This document shows positions 40,405 through 53,785 of a stretch of 64,000 nucleotides of DNA, piece after piece. The stretch is from Octopus vulgaris. Taxonomy: Eukaryota. The DNA lies in the NCBI GenBank assembly GCA_951406725.2, contig OX597814.1:80042001-80106000 (forward strand), read 5' to 3'. The stretch's first letter is position 1; every line of letters starts with the position of its first letter. The notes beneath the pieces are model-generated. The model saw only the letters and a list, made by a program, of their open reading frames with translations, made no database searches and was not told the DNA's origin. The translations under genes and the position numbers were made by a program.

Positions 40405-42180
40405 AAAGTAGAAATTGAAAATGCACTCAGAATAGTTAAAATATTTTTATTAATATATTTGAAGCTTTAACCCGTTTCACAGCTTACACTGATGTAAAAA
40501 GGTTCAAATAAAAAAAGTGGCTATCTTGCTTCTCACTAGTGTTTAAAGTTTGCCCTGTTTTTATAGGGAGTTCATGGCTCAAATTATTATATGTTTTGAA
40601 TAAGATTTGAGTGGTAGAGGATAGTCACATGACTGATCTTAGAAATATGTGTAGGTTCCTCGCTACGTCTGTCTGCTAGTATCATGTGACAATCTCTGTC
40701 ATCGTAAGTTAAGGCTGACACAGTTGGCTGAACAAATCCAAATAATCAATGCTCTGAATGTTTTCTGTCAAGTGTTTGTAGAGAATGAACACATGATTAA
40801 GTTAATAATGATTTGTACGTTTCGCGCTACATATGTGCGTTGAGTGAACATGTTTAGTTCTAATAGACAACGGAATAGAACGTGCCAAAGCAATAAATAT
40901 CAAGGAATTACGAAAGACGAAAAACGGTCCTGATGCATCCAATAATTTACCCTTTATTACAACACACAACCCATGAAACACAGAGGTTTACAATATAATT
41001 ATCCACCAGAACATCCCACTACTAAAACAAGACCCAAAAATGAAAGAAGCATTCGAAATACACAAAGCAATCAAAAGTAAAAGATGATCAAAATTCCCTC
41101 AAACAATCTCTCACAAGTGCTACATTACCGTCCACAATTCCTATATAAACAGTCAAACAATGTATCCGACCCAATTGCGGGATCTGCCTCAACCTTGCGG
41201 AAGACACAACATACAAATCCAAATCAGGAGAGATTGTTACCGTAAAAAATCACTTTACATGTTCTTCAAGGAGTTTAATACACGCTATCAAGTGTCGAGG
41301 ATGCAATGAAGATTATATCGGCCAAACAAAGCTTACTCTAAGAAATAGACTGACTATTCACCGACAACAAATACGAAACCCCAGTATTAGACAGACTCCA
41401 CATGAGTGGTCACATAGACATATATGCAAAAAATTAGTTTCCCAAATTTCAGGTCTTCTCACTCTACTATGTTCAGAGAATACCACAGATGAAGCAGGGA
41501 TAAACAAAAAGTACTTTCATCCAAAAGTACAAACCAAGACGTAACAAACTTTAAGAGAGTACATACACAATTAACTATACACACACAAAATTCATTCTGT
41601 CACTTATCATGAGAAAGCTACACGGCTAACAACCTAAATTATAACCATTGGACTAAATACAAACGACTCTTGTCCACTCTCCCACCAGATAGATTAAATT
41701 TGGAGAGCCTTAACTATAACTAAATATGTTCAGTCAACCGTGTCGGCCTTCTTTTTCGGCGCAAAATATGCTGTCACGTGACACTAACGCGCGGTCGCAG
41801 CACGAAACGTACAATTCATTATTAACTTAATCATGTGTTCATTCTCTACAAACACTTGACAGAAAACATTCAGAGCATTGATTATTTGGATTTGTTCAGT
41901 CAAATGTGTCAGCCTTAACTTACGACGCCAGAGATTGTCACTTGCTAATAGCACACAGACGTAGCGAGGAACCTATACATATTTCTAAGATCAGTCATGT
42001 GACTATCCTCCACCACTCAAATCTTATTCAAAACATATACTAATTTGAGCCATGAACTCCCTATTAAAAGCTTCAAATATATTAATAATAAAAAATATTT
42101 TAACTATTCTCAGTGCATTTTCAACTTCTATTTTCCCTATATTTCTTCCCGAGTGGAATAGAATAACCTTGCTTTCTATA
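40401..42180 (+). mobile_element. 5'-truncated Penelope-like element flanked by inverted terminal repeat (pLTR-like) copies
   Basis: 40860-41554 encodes LIDNGIERAK...CIRPNCGIC...FTCSSRSLIHAIKCRGCNEDYIGQTKLTLRNRLTIHRQQI; arms ~40403-40828 and ~41799-42135 are inverted copies. Confidence 0.93.
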
Positions 42181-42234
42181 TATGAGTGTGTGTGTGTGTG
42201 TGTGTGTGTGTTAACACTCCCCAAGCACACATAC

Positions 42235-42380
42235 ACGGCGAATTTTTTCAGAGCCTACTAACGAATCCACTCACAAGTCTTATAAGGGGCTATAATAGGA
42301 AACACTTGCCCAAGGTGTCGCACAGAGGGACTGAACCGAAGACCATATCGTTCAGAAGCAATCTTCTCAACCACACAACC
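42235..42380 (-). mobile_element. SINE family A 5' half, degenerate
   Basis: AATCCACTCACAAG...ACACTTGCCCAAGGTG...GGGACTGAACC. Confidence 0.8.
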
Positions 42381-43291
42381 CTTCTTATTCTTTCAGTTAC
42401 TTTCACCCACTTCCAATAAAGTATATGAAGTCAGATTTGCTATGTCTTTTAGTATGACAGACGTTATTTTTCAAATGGTTTTTCAAATGACCTAACTGTC
42501 AAATTTAAACGTTTTCCAATATGTACAGCCCAATGTAATAAATGGACTTTCAGGAACGATACTGCTCAGAATAAAGCAACACCAAATCAAATAGTAAAAT
42601 TTACAGAGGTCCATGACACCTGCAACAAAGGAAGGTGTATTTCATGGTGATTAGTTACCTGAAGCACAGTGATAAATCAAACTCTATAATTTAATGGCAA
42701 ATTGATCACTCTCGGTATGAAGTACCGGCACACTTATGACCAATAACTGTTGGTGTTGAGCATCACTTTCAATCAATAAAATAGTGAGAAACAAGAACTG
42801 ATACTAGAAAACTAGTTGTTCATTGTGTAACGATGTTTTACAGAAGGAATGGAATAATCATAAACGTCTTTTTTGTATTTTCTGTTCTTTTATTAGTTTC
42901 AACAACATAGTGCATTCATACACACACACACACTCATTCACATACGCACACATACACACACACACACACACACACTTACACACACACATATGTATGTATC
43001 TGTCTGTCTGTCTGTCTGTATGTATGTATGTATGTATGTATGTATGTATGTATGTATGTATGTATGTATGTATGTATGTATGTATGTATGTATGTATGTA
43101 TGTATGTATGTATATATGTATGTATGTGTGTGTCTGTCGGTATTCAGTGAACGATCTGACCGTAGAATCCAAATACATGAAGCTCTGACTATTATACCAG
43201 TCCTCTTCGCAGTTTCCCTTTAATTAAACAAGAATTCACATGGGGTTCAAAATACTGGTGTTTTGTTATGCAATTTAAATTCAAATAGCAC

Positions 43292-43323
<32 letters not shown>

Positions 43324-43345
43324 TGTATGTATGCTTGTATGTATG

Positions 43346-43421
<76 letters not shown>

Positions 43422-43991
43422 TGTGTGTGTGTGTGAAAGAAAGTTTGAAAATGCAATTTTAAAGATGTTTATTCACTTGACCGGATTCACTTTTTTAGAA
43501 AAAGATTGTCAAAAGTAAACTATAAAGCTTTGTATGAACTTTGTTGTGTTAAGTACTGACTGTCACAAAAGTATTAAAATACATATATACATTCTTTGAT
43601 ATTAATAAGAAAATGTTAAAAACAGTTTACAAGGAAATATCTTACAAAATATTAGGCAAAAAGTTCAATAAAAATATTAGTTCATTAAAAATCATGTTTG
43701 TTTGGAAGTATCTATATACATACAGAGAAAAGTATCAGGAGTTCAAAAAAAGTCATATTTTGTAGTATATATATATACACAGAAGGAGATATGTTTAGGA
43801 GTTTACAAAGAATTTGAGATGAACGGACCTGTTTTAGCATTTTTTATTTTGTTTGAAGTTATTATGCAATTTTTGTGGGTGTTTTTTCAAAACATCGTCT
43901 GGTTTAAAAGTTACTCCAGATGCCATGATGGTTCTAAGATGTAGGTTAAGGAAGTGGTCAAACTTTGCATAGGAGTAGACAACCATCATAC

Positions 43992-44039
<48 letters not shown>

Positions 44040-44185
44040 CAACTGTTCTAATTATTGTTTAATGGTGAAGTTACACTAGTTAAGTTGATGTCAGTCCAGG
44101 TTTGGCTAAACGAATTCGAGCTATTTATTAATTTACGCAGATAAAAATTAACCATGAAGATGAGCCAACAAGGAAGCCAGTAAAC

Positions 44186-44535
44186 CACTGGTTTTCAATC
44201 ATCTTTTATCTATGAACCCATTTGATTACTATTTTATTCTGGTGGATCTCGATAACCATTCGATATATAAAGACTAGTTTCATAGAAATTTCTTTCAAAA
44301 TTCCTAATTTGCTTTCCACACATTAACTTATGTAGGGTGTACTATGTAAAATGCTCGAGAAAGAAATCTAGCAGTTTTTTGCAATACATACCAATACATA
44401 CATCTAAAGCAAATTTTTTTCAGGGGCTCTTAAAATACAACTGTGATCCCCAACTTATTATTTTATTGCGTGGACCCCTCCCCCAATCTTATGTGAACCC
44501 ACAGACGCCGTATGGACCCTTGTTGAGAACCACTG
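44186..44535. mobile_element. hAT-type MITE
   Basis: TIRs CACTGGTTTTCAA / TTGAGAACCACTG, subterminal TGGACCC motifs, 8-bp flanks CAGTAAAC / CTATAAAC. Confidence 0.7.
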
Positions 44536-45599
44536 CTATAAACGGTCACCAGAGTTGCTAGAAATCATAACCAGCCAACTATCTTAAAAAATAGAAAGAT
44601 GCATATGATAATATAATCCTAGGTAAACTATATCTCAATACAGGATGAAATGTTCACAGCTGGAATATATTTCATTATAGGTTTGCTGGTTTAAGACTGA
44701 CTAAGGGTTAAACAGTTAATGAGTGGGGCATGCATTTTATTTCGAATATATCGGCAACTTGTTTTCTTCAAGTTTATGTTGTACTACTCATTTAAAAATA
44801 ATATTTTCAAAATTAATTTACAAGACTTCATAGTTATCAAATTTCTATGAATGGCTAGTTTTGAATATTTGAATTGAAAACAGAAAGTGAAACGTTCTAG
44901 GCACTGGCTCATAAATTAATAATATAATTTCTAATATATTATCTTCACTGCAGTTTATTTATGGCTTTCACACACAAAAACTTTCGGTGTTGTCATTTCT
45001 ACTTATTAAGTTATATTTCAATATCAATTATTTTTTTATAGAATTTATAATTCATCTCTTTATCAAGAAGAGAGGAACTAATAACCAGCAGAGAATTAAT
45101 CAATTTTTGGCTAGAATCATATGTATAAATTATGTGGATTTTGTTTTAAAAAATTGTATTATTACTCTCTTATTATATGTAAATTAATTTGTGTTCAGTG
45201 TTGAGGTTGGATTCAATTGTTGATGCAATTTTGTTGCTCAAGTAAATTTAATATAATTTTAAAAAAAATTTAATCTCTAATCAATTATGAAATCATGAAT
45301 AGTTTAAATTTTTTCTACCTAAAAAGGCGAAAGAAGGTATTGTTTAATCTTTATATTGAATTGACATTAAAGTCCTTACATTTCATTCTAATTTAATTAT
45401 GTATAATATATAACAAAAGAAATACCAATAAATACGATTTTTTAAATTTAGCTTTGTTTAATCATTAATTAATTAATCTTTACCACACAAATAACCTTGA
45501 GATTGAGATTGAATAAACAGAATATTTTCGATAAATAATAGTTCAATAGTTTGAGAGTACTGATAAGAGTTCTCTATATGATACTTGATTTGATATTCA

Positions 45600-45955
45600 A
45601 TGAGTATCTTTAAAATCCAGAACTATTTCGAGCTGTAAAACTAAGTTTACAAAGCAGTACGTTTAACTCTGAGTTTAGATTTTATTTTAAATGTAAGAAC
45701 AACAAACAGTGTCATTAAATTAGAGATTATTCGGCTCTTTAGAGGTCTGTTTACAAACAAATATCTTAAAAACCAAGTTTACATAATATTTTGGTTCTAA
45801 CTTTACCAAATAGTACCGTTAAGCTCCGAGTTTATTTCGACTTTCAGAGCTAAGCTTTCAAAACAGTACCTAAAGCTCTGAACTTAGATTCTGTTATGGA
45901 GTTCATGTAATCAAATAAGACCTTTGAATCCCGAGGTTATTTCGAGTTTTATTCC
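45600..45955. repeat. Degenerate ~52-bp minisatellite, about 7 units
   Basis: Recurring CAAA-(C/T)AGTAC...TAA-CTC(C/T)GAGTTTA-TTT motif at about 52-bp spacing. Confidence 0.65.
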
Positions 45956-46601
45956 TAGAATCAGTACTAATTTCAGTTCAAAACGTTTTGAACTTGAATC
46001 TTAAAATCCTAACACATTTCCTTAACAATGAAATTTGAAGGTAGTGTTTACAATAATATAGGATTCCATGCTTAATTGCAAAACGAATATATATTAAAAT
46101 ATCAATTTGTTGTTATTTAGCCTCCTGATCATCCATAATAGTTAAAAATATTTCAGTAAAGTCAATGTCGTTCTTTTTTTTGGGATATTTAAAATTAACT
46201 TGGAAGAAAACAAAATTAATTCCAACATTGGTAAATTCGATTTGATCGCTGAAACACTATGACACTTGGACACCTATTTCCAATGCACAAATAAGACTTT
46301 TAAAATCTAAATGTATGTATCTTGTAGGGTGAGTAATCTCGTAGAGATACCAGTCCAGTTAGCTCGTTAAATGTAAAATGTTCGCATTTTGAATAATTCT
46401 GTTCAAACTCGACAAATAAATTACGCCTAAGCAACGATCATTTTATAAAAACCACCAAATCACAAGTGAGATAAAGATAGATATATCCAACAGTCAGCCG
46501 CCTGTGTAACAGGCAATGTGCGACACATACTGTAATATAAAGATGGATGTAAAAAAGTACCATCTGAAGTGTAAAAAAGCGCCTTCACATACATATACAC
46601 G

Positions 46602-46635
<34 letters not shown>

Positions 46636-46685
46636 TGTATGTATGTATGTATGTATGTATGTATGAATGTATGTATGTATATATG

Positions 46686-46724
<39 letters not shown>

Positions 46725-47030
46725 TAAGGGTACTGGGATACAGCACCTACACGCTAGAGATAGACTCCAAAAGACTAAAAATCACTACAAATTACACTCC
46801 ATTAGTACAAGGATGAAAGCGAGCAAATGAATAAAAGAGATTTAGTAAAATTTTGAGGTTAATTCAAGATCATCCGATTTCTGGTTTAGGAATAAAAATT
46901 AATTTATCGTCTTCAGTAGAATATACCTGAAGTACATAAGTACAAATACATATACATACCCATACAAATACATTCGTATATATACAAATACATACATACA
47001 CACACACATACAAATACATACATACACACA

Positions 47031-47375
47031 TTAAATTAGAGATAGAACACCACTATTAGGCAAATCATACAATGAAAAACTTAAGCCAATACATGAGATT
47101 ATTTAATTTATATTATTTAAATATATAACAAAATTATTAAAAAATATAATTAATTAATTATATTTTTTAATAATTTTGTTATATATTTAAATAATATAAA
47201 TTAAATAATCTTATGTATTGGCTTAAGTTTTTCATTGTATGATTTGCCTAATAGTGGTTTTATCTCTAATTTAATATAATATAATATTTTACTATAAAAT
47301 TGGATTCAATCCTAAATCTGATTTTTCCCTGTAAGTTTGGATTTATTCCCTAATATTTATTATTATTATTATATA
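47031..47375. mobile_element. Spacerless fold-back (~122-bp arms, 47031-47274) plus ~100-bp tail; same family as 48030-48568 but lacking the HHR
   Basis: Arms are reverse complements centred near 47153; 47275-47370 is the reverse complement of about 48035-48130. Confidence 0.9.
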
Positions 47376-48253
47376 TATATATAACCCATACAAACCCATA
47401 CAAATAAAGATGCCTACATACTTATAAATGCACTTTCGCACAATGCAGTGAGAATAGGTCTAAGTAATCGTTAATTAAATTAATAACCATAATTTACCTT
47501 ACGGTATGGATGAACTAAGTGTAACTTCCCCATTCTTATGAACACAAAGAATCAATTTAATTCAGTGTGAGCTTATGTACGCCAAACCACGTGTGTGCGG
47601 ATATTCACGCGCGTGCGGATATTCTAGTGATTCATATCTTCGTGTAAGTTTGTACGAGTCTGTGTACATGCGCCATACAAGCTAAGCGAGTGTATTTATA
47701 CATCTATTTAATACTTTTCTCGCTGTTTTGTGTATTTCTTTCTTTTTGCATCTGATTTTCATTGGTCTTCTATAATAATGGAGTGTATCCCTTAATTTGA
47801 TGCTTTGTATACACATACCGAGAAAAGAACTTGCGGAATAGACGTTATTTTAATGCAATACATTTTGTAATCGCCTCAAGAGATACATCTCTACCGACTG
47901 ATACTCATAAACCAGCTGTTCACAGCCCTACTCGTGACGGATCGAAGATACATGGGCCAAAATAATTGTAGTGATCAATAACCATTCTTGTATCTTCCAT
48001 CTTCCTTTCTCATTAATCAAATATATATATATATAATAATAATAATAGATATTAGGGAATAAATCCAAACTTACAGGGAAAAATCAGATTTAGGATTGAA
48101 TCCAATTTTATAGTAAAATATTATATTATATTAAATTAGAGACAAAACCACTATTAGGCAAATCAAACAATGAAAAATTTAACCCAATACATATGATTAA
48201 TTTATATTATTTAAATATATAACAAAATTATTAAAAAAATATAATTAATATCA

Positions 48254-48317
48254 CACTACGATCGTTTCATGCCTGCTAACATCTTCAAATTTTTGAGTCG
48301 CAGTCATTCATCAGGTG
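48254..48317 (-). ncRNA. Type I hammerhead ribozyme (mirror copy)
   Basis: Exact reverse complement of 48373-48436. Confidence 0.85.
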
Positions 48318-48372
48318 GTTTAAATATTTTTCTTGGCGATTGTTTAAACCTCGCCAAGAAAAATATTTAAAC

Positions 48373-48436
48373 CACCTGATGAATGACTGCGACTCAAAAA
48401 TTTGAAGATGTTAGCAGGCATGAAACGATCGTAGTG
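48373..48436 (+). ncRNA. Type I hammerhead ribozyme with palindromic stem III
   Basis: CAC-CUGAUGA-AUGACUGC...GCAGGCAU-GAAA-CGAUCG-UA-GUG; ACGAUCGU is self-complementary; GUA site. Confidence 0.85.
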
Positions 48437-48582
48437 TGATATTAATTATATTTTTTTAATAATTTTGTTATATATTTAAATAATATAAATTAATCATATG
48501 TATTGGCTTAAGTTTTTCATTGTTTGATTTGCCTAATAGTGGTTTTGTCTCTAATTTAATATAATATATATATATATATATA

Positions 48583-48752
48583 GCCGCAGGAGTGGCTGTG
48601 TGGTAAGTAGCTTGCTTACCAACCGCATGGTTCCGGGTTCAGTCCCACTGCATGGCGTATTGGGCAGGTGTCTTCTACTATAGCTTCGGGCCAGGCTGAC
48701 CAAAGCCTTGTGAGTGGATTTGGTAGAAGGAAACTGAAAGAAGCTCGTCGTG

Positions 48753-48804
<52 letters not shown>

Positions 48805-49002
48805 TGTCCTCTCCACATTCACTTGACAACCGAAGTTGGTGTGATTACGTCCCCGTAACCTAGCGTTAAGGCAAAAGATAACAACAGAATAAGTACTAGG
48901 CTTACAAAGAATAAAAGCTGGGGTCGATTTGTTCGACTAAAGGCGATGCTCCAGTATGGCCGCAGTCAAAGGATTGAAAGAATAAAAGAATAAAAGAATA
49001 AA
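48583..49002 (+). mobile_element. SINE family A, full length
   Basis: GCCGCAGGAGTGGCTGTGTGGTAAG...GGGTTCAGTCCC...internal (TA)n(TG)n...(GAATAAAA)3 tail. Confidence 0.93.
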
Positions 49003-49061
49003 ATTATATATATATATATATTCTTTTAATTTTTCCAAAATTTAATTGTTTTCCATACTTA

Positions 49062-49097
49062 CAGTTGAAAAAGTCTCAATAACTGAAACCGGTACTG
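49062..49097 (+). ncRNA. Minimal type I hammerhead-like fold, U3-A8 core variant
   Basis: CAG-UUGAAAA-AGU-cucaaua-ACU-GAAA-CCGG-UA-CUG; palindrome ACCGGU; lies in a ~130-bp insert between (TA)n tracts. Confidence 0.68.
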
Positions 49098-49149
49098 AAA
49101 TGTTTTTTATAAAACTATTTTAGCATTTTCTACCTTGACTTGTTTTTCC

Positions 49150-49218
<69 letters not shown>

Positions 49219-49934
49219 CATATACATATACATATACTCACACACACACACACATATATACACACGTTTTATTAATGCTTTATTAATTTTGTTGGCGGTG
49301 GTCATCCTGTGGTTAATCTCCTGGATCTAGTGACTCAAGCTCAAAGAGTTTCGTGTCAACGCTCTCATTACTTAGCTAATAAAAAAAAACTTATAACAGC
49401 TCTGTTTTACGTGTTGAGTTCTATTTCTTCTGTTCGAAACGAAAATACCTCTCCCACTCCACCCCACCCCACACACACATACATACACATAATTTATAAT
49501 GTAAACCTTATTGACAGACGTAGCCTGTCTAAAATACTATATTTCCCAGTCGATCTTAGTTTTAGTATTCACCGAATGAATATAAAATACATTTTCCGAA
49601 CAAGATCGGAAACCGAAAACCAAAAACGAAACGTTAGCTGGTCGAAAGCAGTGTGCAAATAAGACATATATTGGTGTTTACAATAGGAGATATGAACTAA
49701 TACGTGAGCGAATACACTTTGGCTGCTGTCCAAATAATGTTTAATAGGCATTGATAGATATCAGATGGCACTTAACAAACTATAATACACTCTGATATGA
49801 ATTTCTACGAATTCTCTGAAGACATATACTTTGCATTTATGTTTTGTTTCTGTTTTTGTTTCTGCATCGAATGGAACTGTTCTCATTGGTCATACATCAG
49901 GCAGACCTGATCTCTGTTAATCTATCACTCCATC

Positions 49935-50300
49935 GCTCTCTCGCTCTCTCTCTCTCTCACACACACGCTCTCTCTCACACACATACGCTCTCTCTCCCTC
50001 TTTCACACACACCCACCCAAACACACACACACGCCCTCTCCTCTCTTCCTCCCTCTCACACACACGCACTCTCACACTCACACACGCACTCTCTCTCTCT
50101 CTCTCTCACACACTCGCACTCACTCTCTCACACACACATACACACACGCTCTCTCTCTCACACACACACATATACACACACACACTCTCTCTCTCTCTCT
50201 CTCTCACACACACATATACACACACACACTCTCTCTCACACACATACACACACACACACACTCCCTCTCCCTTACTCTCTCACTCTCTCACTCCCTCGTT
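49935..50300. repeat. Compound (CT)n/(CA)n mosaic microsatellite
   Basis: Direct observation. Confidence 0.95.
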
Positions 50301-50639
50301 CGCTCGTTCTGTAGCTATGTAATTAACATGTTCGAGAGATTCGATTGGGTTGCGTATCACCTTGAGCAAGTGTTTTGTGGTCTATCGCCTGGTCGACCAG
50401 AAGCCTTGTGAATGAAATGAGGTAAATGGTCAACGGAAACTTAACGAAAGCACGTTGAATACACACATACACATACATACATACATACATACATACATAC
50501 ATACATACATACATACACACACACATACACACACACTCACACACCCGCACACACACACACACAACCAAATACTTCCCCCACACAAACACACACTTTCAAC
50601 AGGGCTTCACAATGGTTACAGAGTTACATTCATTTAATG

Positions 50640-50758
<119 letters not shown>

Positions 50759-50770
50759 AATAATAATAAT

Positions 50771-51344
50771 AAATGCCTTGATGCAGTACCAGACAGTGGC
50801 TCTCATGGCTTCTGATCTTAACTGATCGGAAGTGTTATCATGTACATTGTTTTGTCTTGGTATAAAAGATGGGCTACAGCAAATATTCTGCTCAATAACA
50901 CAGAATTGCTTGTCGGTTGTTTGACCATAACCAGTTGACCATGTCCCTTAGTGGCTGACGATATGTGCATCTCTGATCATGTGCAGAAGTAGTGGGGGAG
51001 CATCATAGCTGTGTGTTGAAAGGAATTCTTAGAGTTTTGAATAATTCACATTTGGAAACATGGGTGGTTCGTTCAACTTCCTTAAACAATCCATATTCAA
51101 GGACCCTTTGAGCGGGATGGGCTACTCAACTAGAAGGAAATTCTAACTGGGCCCTACCTGTAAGGTCATGCGCTGTTTATCTTGATATGAAATCACCATG
51201 CCGCACACATGTGGTTGTGATGCATGTGCCTGGTGTACCCTTATCAGACAGGTAGTCATGACGGGTATACTGGGTTTCGTATATTTTACCCAAGAGTCAC
51301 TTTGATGGCATGCGCTGCTCACTCACTCTCTCTCTCTCTCTCTC
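50771..51344 (+). mobile_element. Non-coding (AAT)n-targeting retroposon, longest copy
   Basis: Reverse complement of 20737-21277 plus ~17 extra 5' nt; flanked by AAT/GAT tracts. Confidence 0.88.
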
Positions 51345-51381
<37 letters not shown>

Positions 51382-51407
51382 TTAATAATAATAATAGTAA
51401 TAATAAT

Positions 51408-51705
51408 AAAGTGCAAGAAATTTTCTTAACTGCTACGTCACATGTACTGAGAAGAGCATTGTCGTTGTGAATTTTCTTTTTCCCCCTTTATTTTCTTTGT
51501 TTAATTTTTCATATTTTTTTTTCCTTTTTCTCTCTGTCTTTCTTCTCCTTTTTCTCTATCACATGACTTTGTAAATGAACATTCAGGTGTCTTTATTTTA
51601 ATGGCCTACCAATGTATACAATGAGTGTCTCTGCCCTAGGTGTCAGGAAGACACCCGACAAGAAATGGAAACAATTGAAAGAAGTTGATAATGATTGCAT
51701 AATAA
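51408..51705 (+). mobile_element. 3' tip of the second R4/Dong-like family
   Basis: KVQEIFLTATSHVLRRALSL*; 3' UTR matches the reverse complement of 18970-19040. Confidence 0.85.
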
Positions 51706-51834
51706 TAATATTATTGCAGGTGGAAGAGAAATTGTCCAAGTTAACATCATGAAGAGAATCCTCCAAGAAGACTCTGGTGATACCTTTACTATTTACTGTT
51801 AGTGTTAGCACGTTATCACATTCCATGGTTGAGG

Positions 51835-52800
51835 AAATATGGTAACTGTTATAGAATTGAAGAGAGGGCGAAAAGTAAACAGTAGTGGAGTACAACTACC
51901 AGATGATGAGCGGATAAGAGAAGAAAATGGAGCGGGTTACAATTTTCTTGGTTTTTGTCAATTAGGTCAGATGAAAAACATTAAGATGCAGAAAATTGTA
52001 CCAGAAGAGTTAAAAACAATTATCGATGTAAGCTGAATGGAAAGAACATTTTTAAAAGCATCAATCAACACGTGGGCTTTTTAAGGTGCGATCCGTTACT
52101 ATGCAGGAGTTTTGGAATGGACAATGAAAGAACTGGTCAACGTTGATAGCAAAACTAGCAAGGCAGTGGTTATGCATGGATGCTTTCATATTAGAAGTAA
52201 CATCGCAAGTCTTTACTTAACTAGGAAGCAAAGGATTGGTTGGAAAAGTGCTATGAAGATCAAGTCTTTGTATGCTAATCTGAGAAATAGTTATGAAAGA
52301 ATGTTGCAAGCTGTACTGAATGAGAAGGTGATCAATGACAATAATAAGACCCTCCATGGATTCAAAATGAGGACTAATTGAGAAAAAGTCATCAACTGGA
52401 AAGAGGAAGTCTTACACGGAGTAGTTCTCCAAAACAAACATCGGATGGAGAAGAATTCTAGAGATGGTTAAGACATGTTTTAAACAAGGAGAGAAAAGGC
52501 TTGATTCTTACTGCTCTAGAACAAGCTTTACAAACCAATTCATAAGACACCAGTATCACCTTTGTGTAAACAATATAAAAAATCGTCTGAAACTGTAAAG
52601 TGTATAATTAATAGATGATCAAAACAGGCCCCAAAGGAGTACAAAAATGCCATAACAAAGTGGTTGTATGAATACACGGGGAGTTGTGCAAGAAGTATCA
52701 GCTAAGTAGTATGAACAAGTAGTATGAACAGCAACCTTTGTCTATTGCAGAGAATGATCAAGTGAAACTCATATGGGATATGCAACAATGCTTGGAACAA
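51835..52800 (+). mobile_element. Heavily decayed R4/Dong-like LINE (post-RT to RLE)
   Basis: IELKRGRKV...GYNFLG, WTMKELVNVDSKT...MHGCFHIRSNIASLYLTRK, ENDQVKLIWDM. Confidence 0.75.
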
Positions 52801-52932
52801 CTCATGAGTAGAGAAAAATGTTGCGTCTCTAATTTGTAGGATGGAGCTGAGACATAACAGATAAATCAGAAGTCAAGTGAATAATATAAACATATATTTA
52901 TACATACATATACATATACATACATACACACG

Positions 52933-53003
<71 letters not shown>

Positions 53004-53293
53004 GGTTTGTTGGGGCGATTAAAGTCCGTCAGTATATATGTATACAATTATGTGTTTTGGCTACAGCATTAGAGTATATTAGCTCTTATTTCTAGCAATG
53101 TAGGTGTTTTAGTAACAATTATAAGTTTCCTTTTAGGTAAAAACACTGCATACTGCTATCTATATTGATTTGTTGGTTCGATTCTGGCTATGGCTAGCTC
53201 ATCATTTTTCGGTCATTTGTTTGTACTTAAAAATTGGTGCTTCAAATCGGAGAATATATATTATTATTATACAGTTTTATATATATATATATA

Positions 53294-53688
53294 CTAGCAG
53301 TATCGCCCGGCGTTGCTCGGGTTTGTAAGGGAAATAATTATATAAGCATTTTTAGAGATGTAAAGTATAATAGCCATCTCAATATGGCTAACCACAAAGG
53401 GGGAGGGGTGTTACTGTAGCTTTTTACGTTCTGAGATTTAATAATAAATTTTAGAGAGTTACTTCCCTTATATATGTCAAAAATGGATTAAAAATGGGAA
53501 AAATTGATGGTAAATTTTTTTTTAAATCGTAGACTCATCGTAGACGCGCGCTAATACCCAGACGGTCTCGGTATGAATCACGACTATAAGATACCCGGTT
53601 TTGGTTAAACTGCACCGCAAAATGTGGGAGTAGTTAGGAATCTAAATCGTAGGAGACAGACACACAACCTCACTTTTATATATAAAGA
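53294..53688 (-). mobile_element. Non-autonomous Helitron
   Basis: Minus strand starts A|TC and ends CTAG|T, with a subterminal GC hairpin (53306-53321); no TSD. Confidence 0.85.
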
Positions 53689-53785
53689 TTTCCTCTATTT
53701 ACATAATATTGAGGTCTCTTTCTTTCTTTTGTTATCTTACTGTTTTTACCAATATACATATATATATATATATAAATATATATAT

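Larger units (their letters stand above)
48030..48568. mobile_element. Fold-back pLTR-like element with 218-bp arms, 11-nt spacer and ~90-bp tail, in (TA)n
   Basis: 48122-48339 and 48351-48568 are reverse complements; I counted two mismatches. Confidence 0.93.

Noticed and set aside
46865-46920. CUGAAGA...GAAA on minus strand resembling the 40-kb HHR start
   Set aside because: Stems I and II do not pair; at best a decayed relative, not called as a feature.
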